Shown piece by piece: positions 1 through 9,318 of a stretch of DNA of 64,000 nucleotides. Positions within the stretch are counted from its first letter, which is position 1. Each line of letters opens with the position of its first letter. Both the position numbers and the translations under genes were made by a program. The notes beneath the pieces are model-generated. The model saw only the letters and a list, made by a program, of their open reading frames with translations, did no database searches and was not told the DNA's origin. The stretch comes from a virus, in the IMG/VR virus record IMGVR_UViG_3300018080_000131, positions 1-64,000 of that record; one strand, 5' to 3'.

Positions 1-528
1 ACAGAAGCACAAGAAGATGAATTAAGTAGACAAGAGAAGATGTTTGAAAAGTTCTTTGGTGAGAATGGTACTATGGCTGGAATATTTGATAGTTTTGGAA
101 AGAAGCTAGAGAGTATTTTTGGAAACACTTTTGGTAATATTGTTGATAATGCTGAAGGTGTTTTAAAAGCTTCAACAAGGCATATGAATTCTTGGTGGGA
201 GAAAAATCCATTTAGTCCCAGATTTGAAGAAGGTGGGGATGGTGGTGGAGGTGGTGGTACACCAGCACAACATGGTTTTCATGGTACTGTAACTGGACCA
301 AGACAGTTTAACATTGAGCCAGGAAGGACAGAGAGAGTGGATATAAATCCTATTAGACCTGGAAGACCACAAGAAGAAGGTGGTGCATCTCCAGTTGTTG
401 TGGTTCAAGAAAAGAAGATTGAACCTGTATTTATTCCAGTTGAAGAGCTTGGTGGGTTTATGATTAAATTTTTAGAGACAGCTAGTGATGATGAAAGATT
501 TAAAACTAAGAGTAAAAGTTTGAGGTAA
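1..528 (+). CDS. C-terminal part of probable tail tape measure protein (5' truncated by window edge)
   Basis: Frame is open from position 1. Helical segment, then a Gly-rich linker and QHGFHGTVTGP...EPGRTERVDINP resembling the C-terminal motif of many tape measure proteins. Lies directly upstream of tail-tip genes. Confidence 0.6.
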   Translation, partial: TEAQEDELSRQEKMFEKFFGENGTMAGIFDSFGKKLESIFGNTFGNIVDNAEGVLKASTRHMNSWWEKNPFSPRFEEGGDGGGGGGTPAQHGFHGTVTGPRQFNIEPGRTERVDINPIRPGRPQEEGGASPVVVVQEKKIEPVFIPVEELGGFMIKFLETASDDERFKTKSKSLR

Positions 529-534
529 TGAAAA

Positions 535-1641
535 ATGACTAATGCTTCTTTTTTATATAATAATCTTTGGGATGGTTCAGGAACTTTAACTTATTCATCC
601 AAGCATAGTAACTTTCCAGCAACACAAACAAGAAATAGGTGGTTTACTAAAAGTTGGAGAAGTAGATATGGTTCTGGTTCTGGTTGGGGTAGGTTTGTTA
701 TATCTACTGGTGTAAATGATGCTATTGATTTTGATGAAGGTGGTGCAGAAATAAATGCTACTCTTACAGCAGGAACATATACAGCAGATACTTTATGTAC
801 TGAGATTAAAACTCAATTAGATGCTGGTGGTGCTTTAACATATACAGTTGATTATGATGATGCTAATAATAAATTTGTTATTTCTGCTACTGGTAATTTT
901 ACTTTAAGATGGAATACAGGAACTAATAAAACTACAAGTGTTGCTAGTACTATTGGTTATAGTGATTCTGCTGATGATAATGGTGGAGCAGATTCTTTTA
1001 CAGCAGATAATATGAGGATTCATAGTGAAGAATGGTTGAAATTTGATTTTGGTTCAGCTAAAAGTATTACCAGTTTTGCTATAAGGTATCATAATCTTTC
1101 AAGTTCAGCTACTTTAAAACTACAAGGTCATACTGCTGATTCTTGGAGTTCACCAGATGTTGATGAAACTATTTCTATTACTGATGATGTTATTTTTAAG
1201 TTTTTATCATCTGCTCAGAGTAAAAGATGGTGGAGAATTTATATAAATGATGTTGATAATTCAGATGGGTATGTTGAATTAGGTAGGGTGTTTCTTGGTA
1301 CTTATTTTGCTCCTACTGTTAATTGCAGAAGAGATTATAGTGTTGATTGGGTAGACCCATCTACAATTATGTTTTCTGATGGTGGTCAATTGTCTTCAAA
1401 TAAAAAAACAAAATATGGTTATGAAAGTTATGTTTTTGAATATATTACTGATACAGATTTAGCTAATTTTAAAACTATGTGGGATTCTATTGGAATGACA
1501 GAGGATATATTTTTTGTGAGAGATAGGGATAATGCTTCTACAACAGGAATGTATTGTAGGGTTGCTACTCCTATTAGGTATAAACATTTTGTGAGAGAAT
1601 CTTTTTATACTCTTAATATTGATTTAGAGGAACTTAGGTAA
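535..1641 (+). CDS. tail protein (distal-tail-like, with a discoidin/F5-8-like insertion)
   Basis: 368 aa, beta-rich T/S/D/G composition. EEWLKFDFG...ITSFAI...RWWRIYI...ELG resembles a discoidin fold. Position after the tape measure gene. Confidence 0.6.
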   Translation: MTNASFLYNNLWDGSGTLTYSSKHSNFPATQTRNRWFTKSWRSRYGSGSGWGRFVISTGVNDAIDFDEGGAEINATLTAGTYTADTLCTEIKTQLDAGGALTYTVDYDDANNKFVISATGNFTLRWNTGTNKTTSVASTIGYSDSADDNGGADSFTADNMRIHSEEWLKFDFGSAKSITSFAIRYHNLSSSATLKLQGHTADSWSSPDVDETISITDDVIFKFLSSAQSKRWWRIYINDVDNSDGYVELGRVFLGTYFAPTVNCRRDYSVDWVDPSTIMFSDGGQLSSNKKTKYGYESYVFEYITDTDLANFKTMWDSIGMTEDIFFVRDRDNASTTGMYCRVATPIRYKHFVRESFYTLNIDLEELR

Positions 1642-1710
1642 TGCAATTATACTTGTGTGGTGGAGTTTTTGGCTTAGAAGGCTTCTTAGAGGCTTATACA
1701 GGTGTTTTAT
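1641..1710 (-). repeat. dispersed ~70 bp intergenic repeat, copy A
   Basis: Reverse complement ATAAAACACCTGTATAAGCCTCTAAGAAGCCTTCTAAGCCAAAAACT...CAAGTATAATTGCAT aligns to 52075-52146 and 47010-47082. Confidence 0.8.
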
Positions 1711-1722
1711 AAGGATATTTAG

Positions 1723-4707
1723 ATGCAGTTTGCTGATTTTATAAAACTAACAGATAGTTTCAAGTTGTTTCTTGTTGAAATTAATGTTGGTGATGAGATA
1801 GAAGATGCTACTTGGGTACAAGATGTAACTTATACTAATTGTTGGTATACTGAAAATTATGATGTTGGTGTTCCTAATAAAGTAACTGAAGATGGAAGTG
1901 AATATACTGAAAGATTTACTCTTACAGAATTAAATAGTAATGCAAGTGGGTTTTATTATGATTTTGAAAATCAGAAATTATATCTTCATACTTCAGGAAG
2001 TGATGACCCAGGAAGCCAAACTGGTGATGATTATGATTATAAGATTGTTGCTTTTTCTTATAGGTATATTTGTAATAGTCAATTTGGAGATGGTAATGAA
2101 GTTGTATTTGCAAGAGAACAAGAGGCTTTAACAGATGGTAGTTTTGAACTTTGGGATTCTTCTACTGATTTAACTAATTATACAGAAACTACTGCTGGAA
2201 CTTCTACAGTAAATAGAGACAGTAGTGTTGTTTATGCTGGTGGATATTCTGTAAGAATAGATATAGATGGAAGTGGAAACAATGCTAGTATTTTACAAAA
2301 TATTATTTTAAAACCAAGTGGTAAGTGCAAAATAACTTTTAGATACAGGCATGATGGTGCTGGAATTACTTCAGTTTTAAGAATAAAAGATTCAGCTAGT
2401 AATGTTTATCTTGATTCTAGTGGGGATTGGCAAGCTGGAGCTACTAATATATCTTTAGCTAATTCTAATGCTGAATGGACAGAATATGAACTTGAATTTT
2501 ATGCTCATGATGATTATACTAATTACACTATAGAGTTTGAGGGGACAGATGCTAATTCTTCTAATTGGTTTGATGATGCTTCTTTGACAATATATAGAGA
2601 AGATAATTATTATATTCCTTTTCTTTATTCTGGTTCTCTTCCTTCTATTCAACAGGCTGTTGATGATTATTATAATAGTTCTGTAAGAATGGAATTTGGA
2701 ACTATTAGATTTATAAATGATGGTTGGTGGTATTCTCAGATTCAGAATTATTTATGGTATAAGAAAGATATTACTATTAGGTATGGAGCTAAGGGTTCTG
2801 ACTATGAGGATTTTGAAACTATCTTTACAGGTAAAACTAGAAAACCTATGGTTGGTGATGAGTTTGCTTCAATAGATGTTACTGATGTTAAGGCTTTAAT
2901 CTATAAAGAAATACCTGCTACTAAATATTGGATAAGCAATTATGCTAATTTAGAAGCTGGTGCAGAAGGGTTGCCTATTCCTATTGCTTATGGTGAAATA
3001 TATGGAATTATTCCAATTTGTATAGATACTACAGCATATGAATATAAGATTGCTAATCATGAAATAGAAGATATTTTAGATGTTTATAAAGATGGTACTG
3101 CTCTTACTGGTGGTGGTGTTGATTATACAGTTGATTTGGCTAATGGTGAGTTTACTCTTTCTTCTGACCCAGGAGATTCATTAATAACTTGTGATATTCA
3201 AGGGAAGAAGTGTGATATAGAAGATGGAACTTATTCAGATAATGTTGCTGATATTCTTTATGATATTCTTGTTAATTATTCAGATATTGATGCTAGTCAA
3301 ATAGACCTTGAATCATTTCTTGATTTAAAAGGTGGAAGAACTCAATCCCATCAATTGTATATTAATGTTGGAAGGTCTTGTGTTGAGTATGTTAGGCTTC
3401 TTCAGCAATCATCTCTATTTCATGTTATTCCTTTGACTAATGGAAAAATAGGAGCTTTTAGGTATGTAACAGGAACAAGTTCTTCTACTCCTAGATTTGT
3501 TGATGAAGACTATAATGAGTTTTCTATTATTTATGATACTTCCAATATTCATAATAAAATAAAGGTTAGATATAATCATAATCCTGGTGATGAGTCTTAT
3601 GCAAAAACAGTGAGAACTGATAGTGATGTTGAATATAAGTATGATGAAGTTAACACAAAGACTATTACAACAACATTGAAAGATGAGGCTGATGCTGAAA
3701 ATTTAGGTGATTTTTATCTTGATTTATTGAATGAACCACAAAGGAAGGTTAGTGTGGTTCTTCCAACAAGGATATTTAATTTAAGACCTGCTGAAAAAAT
3801 TATATTCAATAAAACAAGATATATGAAGGAAGGAACTGTTACTGTTTTTGATGAAGAACCTTATAGGATATTAGAATTAAATAAAAGTTTGGCTGATGGT
3901 AAGGTTAAGGTTATTGCTATTGAAGACCTTCAATCTGCTGGTGAAGGGTTTTGTGAGGTATGTTATACCTGTCAATCCTGTAATGTGGAGCAAGATGGCT
4001 CATGTTCTTCATGTTATACCTGTGAAAAGTGTGATGCTGGTGAGTGTGATTCTTGTCAATCTTGTTATTATTGTCAAAAGTGTGATGCTGGTGAGTGTTC
4101 AAGTTGTGAGGTTTGTGATAGTTGTGAGGAGTGTGAATCTGGTCAGTGTGGGACTTGTGAAACTTGTGATTCTTGTCAAACCTGTAATACATGCCAGGAT
4201 TGTGATTCTGGGGAATGTGCTACATGCCAAACTTGTGATAGTTGTGAGGAATGTGATAGTTGTCAATTAGGATGTTATACTGGTCAGTGTACTTCTTGTG
4301 AATCTTGTGATTCTTGTGAAGGGTGTAATACATGCCAAAATTGTGATAGTTGCCAAAAATGTTATTCTGGAGAGTGTTCCAGTTGTGAATCTTGTGATTC
4401 TTGTCAAACCTGTAATACATGCCAAAATTGTGATACAGGTGAGTGTTCCAGTTGTCAAAGTTGTGATACATGCCAGGATTGTTATTCTAATGAATGTACT
4501 TTATGTGAATCTTGTGATTCTTGTCAAACCTGTAATACATGCCAAAATTGTGATACAGGAGAATGTTCTAGTTGTCAGGCTTGTAATACCTGTCAAACCT
4601 GTGATAGTTGTGAAAAGTGTAATACTGGTCAATGTACTTCTTGTCAAACCTGTAATACATGCCAAAATTGTTATACCTGTGAGGTATGTGATATTGTCCA
4701 AGGATAA
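1723..4707 (+). CDS. large tail-tip/baseplate hub-like protein with a carbohydrate-binding-like insert and a C-terminal Cys-rich (Cxx)n domain
   Basis: 994 aa. DGSFELW...VYAGGYSVRI CBM-like segment; PIPIAYG typical of tail hub proteins; residues ~744-994 hold ~74 Cys (hand count) in CxxCxxC arrays. Confidence 0.7.
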   Translation: MQFADFIKLTDSFKLFLVEINVGDEIEDATWVQDVTYTNCWYTENYDVGVPNKVTEDGSEYTERFTLTELNSNASGFYYDFENQKLYLHTSGSDDPGSQTGDDYDYKIVAFSYRYICNSQFGDGNEVVFAREQEALTDGSFELWDSSTDLTNYTETTAGTSTVNRDSSVVYAGGYSVRIDIDGSGNNASILQNIILKPSGKCKITFRYRHDGAGITSVLRIKDSASNVYLDSSGDWQAGATNISLANSNAEWTEYELEFYAHDDYTNYTIEFEGTDANSSNWFDDASLTIYREDNYYIPFLYSGSLPSIQQAVDDYYNSSVRMEFGTIRFINDGWWYSQIQNYLWYKKDITIRYGAKGSDYEDFETIFTGKTRKPMVGDEFASIDVTDVKALIYKEIPATKYWISNYANLEAGAEGLPIPIAYGEIYGIIPICIDTTAYEYKIANHEIEDILDVYKDGTALTGGGVDYTVDLANGEFTLSSDPGDSLITCDIQGKKCDIEDGTYSDNVADILYDILVNYSDIDASQIDLESFLDLKGGRTQSHQLYINVGRSCVEYVRLLQQSSLFHVIPLTNGKIGAFRYVTGTSSSTPRFVDEDYNEFSIIYDTSNIHNKIKVRYNHNPGDESYAKTVRTDSDVEYKYDEVNTKTITTTLKDEADAENLGDFYLDLLNEPQRKVSVVLPTRIFNLRPAEKIIFNKTRYMKEGTVTVFDEEPYRILELNKSLADGKVKVIAIEDLQSAGEGFCEVCYTCQSCNVEQDGSCSSCYTCEKCDAGECDSCQSCYYCQKCDAGECSSCEVCDSCEECESGQCGTCETCDSCQTCNTCQDCDSGECATCQTCDSCEECDSCQLGCYTGQCTSCESCDSCEGCNTCQNCDSCQKCYSGECSSCESCDSCQTCNTCQNCDTGECSSCQSCDTCQDCYSNECTLCESCDSCQTCNTCQNCDTGECSSCQACNTCQTCDSCEKCNTGQCTSCQTCNTCQNCYTCEVCDIVQG

Positions 4708-5523
4708 AAGAGGTAAATAATGGGTTGTGCTGTTTGTGAGTCATGTAATACTTGTGAAGTATGTGATTCTGTAGTTTGTGGAAGCTGTCAAGCTTGTAAT
4801 GCTTGTCAGGCTTGCTATACAGGGGAGTGTTCTACATGCCAGGATTGTGATAGCTGTCAAACAGCTTGTTATACTGGTCAATGTGCTAGTTGTCAGAATT
4901 GTTATACTTGTGAATCTTGTGATTCTGGTCAATGTGCTGTTTGTCAATCCTGTGATTCTTGTGAATCATGTAATACCTGTCAAACTTGTGATTCTTGTGA
5001 GGCTTGCTATACAGGTGAGTGTTCTACTTGTGAAACTTGTTATACTTGTGAAAAATGTGATGCTTGTCAAGTATGTGAAGCTGGTCAGTGTGCATCTTGT
5101 CAAACTTGTGTAGCTTGTGAAACCTGTGATAGTTGTGAAGGGTGTAATGTGTGTCAATCCTGTAATGCTTGTGAAGCTTGTTATACTGGTCAGTGTCCAA
5201 GTTGTCAATCCTGTGTAAGTTGTCAAACCTGTGATAGTTGTGAAACATCTTGTTATACTGGTCAGTGTTCATCCTGTCAGGTATGTGATAGTTGTCAGGA
5301 TTGTGTGGTAAAACAATGTGCTAGTTGTCAATCCTGTGATGCTTGTGAGTCATGTAATACATGCCAAAATTGTGATTCTTGTGAAGCTTGTTATACTGGT
5401 CAGTGTGCTACATGCCAGGATTGTAATGCTTGTCAAACCTGTGATAGCTGTCAAACAGCTTGTTATACTGGTCAGTGTGTTAATTGTCAAGTATGTGATG
5501 ATTGTCAGGAATGTGATACCTGT
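3952..5523 (+). repeat. coding tandem repeats TGT-N6 (Cys every third codon) spanning two genes
   Basis: 9-nt periodicity. The longer block TGTGATTCTTGTCAAACCTGTAATACATGCCA recurs near 4165, 4393 and 4513. Confidence 0.95.
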
Positions 5524-5550
5524 CAAAATTCTTATATAATAGAACCATAA
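4720..5550 (+). CDS. Cys-rich repeat protein, putative radical SAM substrate
   Basis: 276 aa with ~81 Cys (hand count). CxxCxxC runs joined by CYTGQC/CDSGQC linkers; SD GAGG upstream. Confidence 0.85.
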   Translation: MGCAVCESCNTCEVCDSVVCGSCQACNACQACYTGECSTCQDCDSCQTACYTGQCASCQNCYTCESCDSGQCAVCQSCDSCESCNTCQTCDSCEACYTGECSTCETCYTCEKCDACQVCEAGQCASCQTCVACETCDSCEGCNVCQSCNACEACYTGQCPSCQSCVSCQTCDSCETSCYTGQCSSCQVCDSCQDCVVKQCASCQSCDACESCNTCQNCDSCEACYTGQCATCQDCNACQTCDSCQTACYTGQCVNCQVCDDCQECDTCQNSYIIEP

Positions 5551-5566
5551 TAGGAGAAAATATAAA

Positions 5567-7066
5567 ATGAAAGAATGTGAAACTTGTGAAAGTTGTTATA
5601 CTTGTGAAAAAAGTGTTATTTCAAGTATAACAAAAGAACAATTAGATGAAGCAAAAAAGAAAGGTGGTATTCCTTCTGAATGGTTGAGAGATTTAGATTG
5701 TGAAAACTGTTTTTCTTGTCAGAAGTGTGATACAAGTCAAGAAGTTGACAAATGTGGAAACTGCTATGCTTGTCAGAAGTGTGATACTCACCAAGGAAAT
5801 GCTGGTGATGGGTTAAATAATTGTGAAAATTGTTTCTCTTGTCAGAAGTGTGTTTCTCAGCAAGCTAATTGTGAAAATTGCTATACCTGTCAGGTTGGTG
5901 ATGTTTCTAATGATTCTTGTAAAGGTGGTGTTTGTAAGGTAAAGAAGGATGAGGATTATGTTAATAATATAACCTATTTCTTATTTCCAACAAATAATTG
6001 TAACTTGAGATGTACTTATTGTTATGCTACAAAAACTCCTAAAGAAATGGATGCTGAAACCTTAGCTCAGGCTGGAGAATTTATACTTGGTCCAGAGGAA
6101 GAGAGGAATCCTGGGAGAAGGGTTAATATTCAGTTTTTTGGTGGAGAACCTATGTTGAAATGGAATATGCTAACTACATTTATTGATTGGATGAATGAGG
6201 AAGCAAGAAAAAGATTAGGAAGAAAGATTAATTGGGGTATGACCACAAATGGTACTCTTTTAAATGAAGAAAGAATTAAGTGGATGAAGGAGCATAATTT
6301 AAGACCTTTATTGAGTGTTGATGGTAGAAAGGAAACTCATAATAAGCATAGGATTTATGCTAATGGAAGAGGTTCTTTTGATGATATTCCTTTTGATACT
6401 TTTTTGAAATATTTTCCTAATCCAGAATTAAGACCAACAATTCTTCCTGATACTGTAGAAGGTTGGATTGAAGATTTGTATTGGTTTCATTCTAAGGGAT
6501 GTTATAATGTTGCTACAGAGGTTGCTTATGAGGCTGATTGGGATGATGAGGCTATGGCTAAGGCTTGGAGAACTTATGATAAGATGGGAGATATTTATAT
6601 TCAATTTAGGAAAGCTGGGAAGAAAGATTTTTGGATGAAGTTTATAATGGATGGTTTGAATACTTTAGGTATAGAAAGACAAACAGGAACAGTATGTGGA
6701 ATTGCAAGAAATACTGTAGCCATTGATGCTCATGGTTGGCTTTATGCTTGTCAGAGATATGCTGATTTTAATAATCCTGATTTGAAGATTGGAGATATTT
6801 GGGAAGGTTGGGATTATGACAAGTTGAAGGAATGGAGAAGTTTGAGAAGAGAACATATGTATCCTGACCCAAGAAGTGGTTTTGATTGTGAAACTTGTCC
6901 TGCTAGATGGAAATGCAGAGGTGGTTGTAATGCTATGAATTATCAATGTAATAATGATAGAAAAATGATATTGGAAAATCATTGTAAGTTTCAGAGAATG
7001 TGGGCTTTAATAACATTAAGAGTGTTGTCAGCAACAGGAGAGTTACATAGGAAAATTAGAAGATAA
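5567..7066 (+). CDS. radical SAM/SPASM peptide/protein maturase with Cys-rich N-terminal extension
   Basis: CNLRCTYC rSAM motif, FFGGEP, TTNGTLL, SVDG. SPASM cysteines CGIARN...YACQ...IGDI...CETCPARWKCRGGC...HC. SD GGAG. Confidence 0.95.
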   Translation: MKECETCESCYTCEKSVISSITKEQLDEAKKKGGIPSEWLRDLDCENCFSCQKCDTSQEVDKCGNCYACQKCDTHQGNAGDGLNNCENCFSCQKCVSQQANCENCYTCQVGDVSNDSCKGGVCKVKKDEDYVNNITYFLFPTNNCNLRCTYCYATKTPKEMDAETLAQAGEFILGPEEERNPGRRVNIQFFGGEPMLKWNMLTTFIDWMNEEARKRLGRKINWGMTTNGTLLNEERIKWMKEHNLRPLLSVDGRKETHNKHRIYANGRGSFDDIPFDTFLKYFPNPELRPTILPDTVEGWIEDLYWFHSKGCYNVATEVAYEADWDDEAMAKAWRTYDKMGDIYIQFRKAGKKDFWMKFIMDGLNTLGIERQTGTVCGIARNTVAIDAHGWLYACQRYADFNNPDLKIGDIWEGWDYDKLKEWRSLRREHMYPDPRSGFDCETCPARWKCRGGCNAMNYQCNNDRKMILENHCKFQRMWALITLRVLSATGELHRKIRR

Positions 7067-8463
7067 TGGATTTTATAACTAGTGAAGAGTATGAGAATAC
7101 TGTAAGAAATATTCTCAAAAGACTTGATGGAAAGATTGATAAATCAGGTGGTAGTATATCTGGTGATGTAGATATTACTGGAACATTAAGTATTAAATCT
7201 CAAAATGAATTAAGATTCTATGATAATGGAAATTATGTAGGGTTTGAAGCTCCTGCTTTATCTGGGAATCAGATTTGGGTTCTTCCTGATGCAGATGGAG
7301 GTGCTAATGAGGCTTTAGGCACAGATGGTGGTGGAAATCTGATATGGAGAAACCATGATGAACTTGCTGGGTATGTTGCTGATGAGCATATTGATTGGAC
7401 AAATGCTACTGATAATTTAAGCACAAGTGGAAATATATTTACAACTGGTGGTCATTACTATGCTCCAAATGATGCTAAAATTTATTTTAGAGATGTTGGT
7501 GATACTGGCTACATAAGAGCTTTAAATGTTAATACTAATGACCATACAACATTAAATGCTAGTTCTGGTAAAGATATAATTTTTATGGAGAATGTTAGTG
7601 CTAAGATGAGATTAGTTAGTGGGGATTTTGGAATAGGTACAAATACTCCTGCTACAGTTGCTTCTGCTTCTCTTGGTGGTACAGTTCTTCATGTTTTAGA
7701 TAGTAGTGCTGATGGTAGATTGGTTGCTTCAGGTGCTACAGGAGCTAATTTAAATCTTGTTGATACTGGTGGTGGCTCTAATGATAAATGGTTACAGCTA
7801 GATGTTGATGGTGGTATTGGAAAATTTGCTTCTGTTGCTGATGCTGGTACAAGTTTTGTATCTAATAATATTCTTGTTATGGATTTAGGAAATGGTAATG
7901 TTGGGATAGGTACAAATACTCCAGGTGATGAGCTTGAGGTTAATGGCAATATAATGGCTAATGGGATAGGGTTGGGGAAATCTCCTACTCAGTTAATTGA
8001 TATGCAAGCTGAGAGTGCTTTATGCCCTATTTATATGACAGCTATAACCTCAACTAGCCAATGGCAATCTCCTCAAATTTTAACAAGAAGAGCAAGAGGA
8101 ACTGTTGGCTCTATATCTGCTGTTGCAGATGGAGATTTACTTTATAGGAATGATATATATGCCTATGATGGAAGTGATTATGTCTTAGCTGGTCATATAA
8201 GATGCCAAATGCAAGATGACCCAACAGATGTAGGTAATATTACACCATGTTCTCTTGGTTTTGCTGTTCAAGACTCCTCGGGTAATTTAAGAATAGCTAC
8301 TCAATTTGGTGAGTATTTTTATCTTCAACATGGTGTTCTTGCTATGGCAGAAACTACAACTCCTTCTGCTATTGCAAGAGTTGGAAAATTGTATACAAAG
8401 AGTGATAATAAACTTTATTTCCAGGATGGTGGTGGTACTGAACATGAAATGGCTTATGCATAA
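7066..8463 (+). CDS. tail fibre / receptor-binding-like protein
   Basis: Repeated GNVGIGTNTP/GDFGIGTNTP motifs; WVLPDADG and KLYFQDGGGTE segments typical of fibre proteins. Start overlaps the rSAM stop (TAATG). Confidence 0.75.
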   Translation: MDFITSEEYENTVRNILKRLDGKIDKSGGSISGDVDITGTLSIKSQNELRFYDNGNYVGFEAPALSGNQIWVLPDADGGANEALGTDGGGNLIWRNHDELAGYVADEHIDWTNATDNLSTSGNIFTTGGHYYAPNDAKIYFRDVGDTGYIRALNVNTNDHTTLNASSGKDIIFMENVSAKMRLVSGDFGIGTNTPATVASASLGGTVLHVLDSSADGRLVASGATGANLNLVDTGGGSNDKWLQLDVDGGIGKFASVADAGTSFVSNNILVMDLGNGNVGIGTNTPGDELEVNGNIMANGIGLGKSPTQLIDMQAESALCPIYMTAITSTSQWQSPQILTRRARGTVGSISAVADGDLLYRNDIYAYDGSDYVLAGHIRCQMQDDPTDVGNITPCSLGFAVQDSSGNLRIATQFGEYFYLQHGVLAMAETTTPSAIARVGKLYTKSDNKLYFQDGGGTEHEMAYA

Positions 8464-8480
8464 AATGGAGGAAAAATAAA

Positions 8481-8705
8481 ATGGCTTTAGAAGATGAAAG
8501 AAAATTGGAGATTGTTAAAAATGCTTTTAAAAGAAAAATTATGAGCTTTTCTGATTGGGAAGAGTTTAAAGATTTTCTTAGAAATTTAACAAGAGCAAGA
8601 ATTAAAACTTTTATTATTAATGCAGTTCAGAATAAAAAGAATATTAGTGATGAAGAATCTGAGTTATTAGATTCTTTACATAGTGAAATAGATAATGATT
8701 TATAA
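8481..8705 (+). CDS. hypothetical protein
   Basis: Strong SD GGAGG; follows the fibre gene. Confidence 0.6.
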   Translation: MALEDERKLEIVKNAFKRKIMSFSDWEEFKDFLRNLTRARIKTFIINAVQNKKNISDEESELLDSLHSEIDNDL

Positions 8706-8720
8706 TGGGAGGCTTAAATA

Positions 8721-9011
8721 ATGGCAAAGAAAAAAACTAATGTTCCTAAAACAAAGGTAAATAAAGAAGAAGGGAAAATAGTTAAAAAAAAGGTTGAATT
8801 TAAAAAATCACAAAGAAGGCTTTTAAATGAACTTACAATTAAACATACAAGGGAAATTAATGAAGTGATTAATGAGATTCTAGAAGAAGAAGGTTTAAAG
8901 GGTGAAGTAATGAGTTCTGTAAAGACAGAATTGATGCCAAGATATGAAGGTGTAATTATATATATAAAGGAAGGAGAGAAGGAAAAGGATGAAGAAAACT
9001 CTAAGTCTTAA
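8721..9011 (+). CDS. hypothetical protein (possible fibre chaperone)
   Basis: SD GGAGG; charged helical protein. Confidence 0.55.
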   Translation: MAKKKTNVPKTKVNKEEGKIVKKKVEFKKSQRRLLNELTIKHTREINEVINEILEEEGLKGEVMSSVKTELMPRYEGVIIYIKEGEKEKDEENSKS

Positions 9012-9303
9012 TGATTATTTAGATAGTTCAAGGTTAGCTGATAATAAGTATAAATTACTTATTGAAAAGATTCAATCTGAGAGTTCTTTAGATAATAAGG
9101 TTGATGGATTGGCTACTTTGGTTTTTATGCTTATCAATAATGATATATCTTGTTTGGAAGCTGAAGTAAAAAGTGTTAAGAGTTTATTAAAAAAGCTTTA
9201 CAAGAGAATACTTATTTTTGGTATAGCTATTGTTATATTGTTTTTATTTTTTAATCCAGAGAGTTTGAATTTAATTCTACAGATTATTAAATTTTGTTTC
9301 TAA
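8989..9303 (+). CDS. membrane protein, possible holin/spanin-like
   Basis: Coiled coil followed by a C-terminal hydrophobic helix ILIFGIAIVILFLFF; lies at the end of the tail module. Confidence 0.45.
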   Translation: MKKTLSLNDYLDSSRLADNKYKLLIEKIQSESSLDNKVDGLATLVFMLINNDISCLEAEVKSVKSLLKKLYKRILIFGIAIVILFLFFNPESLNLILQIIKFCF

Positions 9304-9318
9304 GGGAAAGGTGTAGTT

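Noticed and set aside
241-270. Similarity of GGGGGGTPAQ (tape measure end) to GGGGGGASPETPAQ at 60034-60075
   Set aside because: Mostly low-complexity Gly codons; too short to support a relationship.
3896-5539. Many overlapping alternative-frame and minus-strand ORFs over the Cys repeats
   Set aside because: They are shadows of the 9-nt periodic repeat (V/I/L- or T/H-rich), with no SD and no independent signal.
3952-5550. CRISPR array or diversity-generating retroelement repeats
   Set aside because: The repeats are in-frame coding units without unique spacers; there is no reverse transcriptase or adenine-specific TR/VR pair in the window.
3952-5960. Multiheme cytochrome or ferredoxin interpretation of the CxxC arrays
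   Set aside because: There are no CxxCH motifs, no export signal and no CxxCxxCxxxCP ferredoxin pattern.
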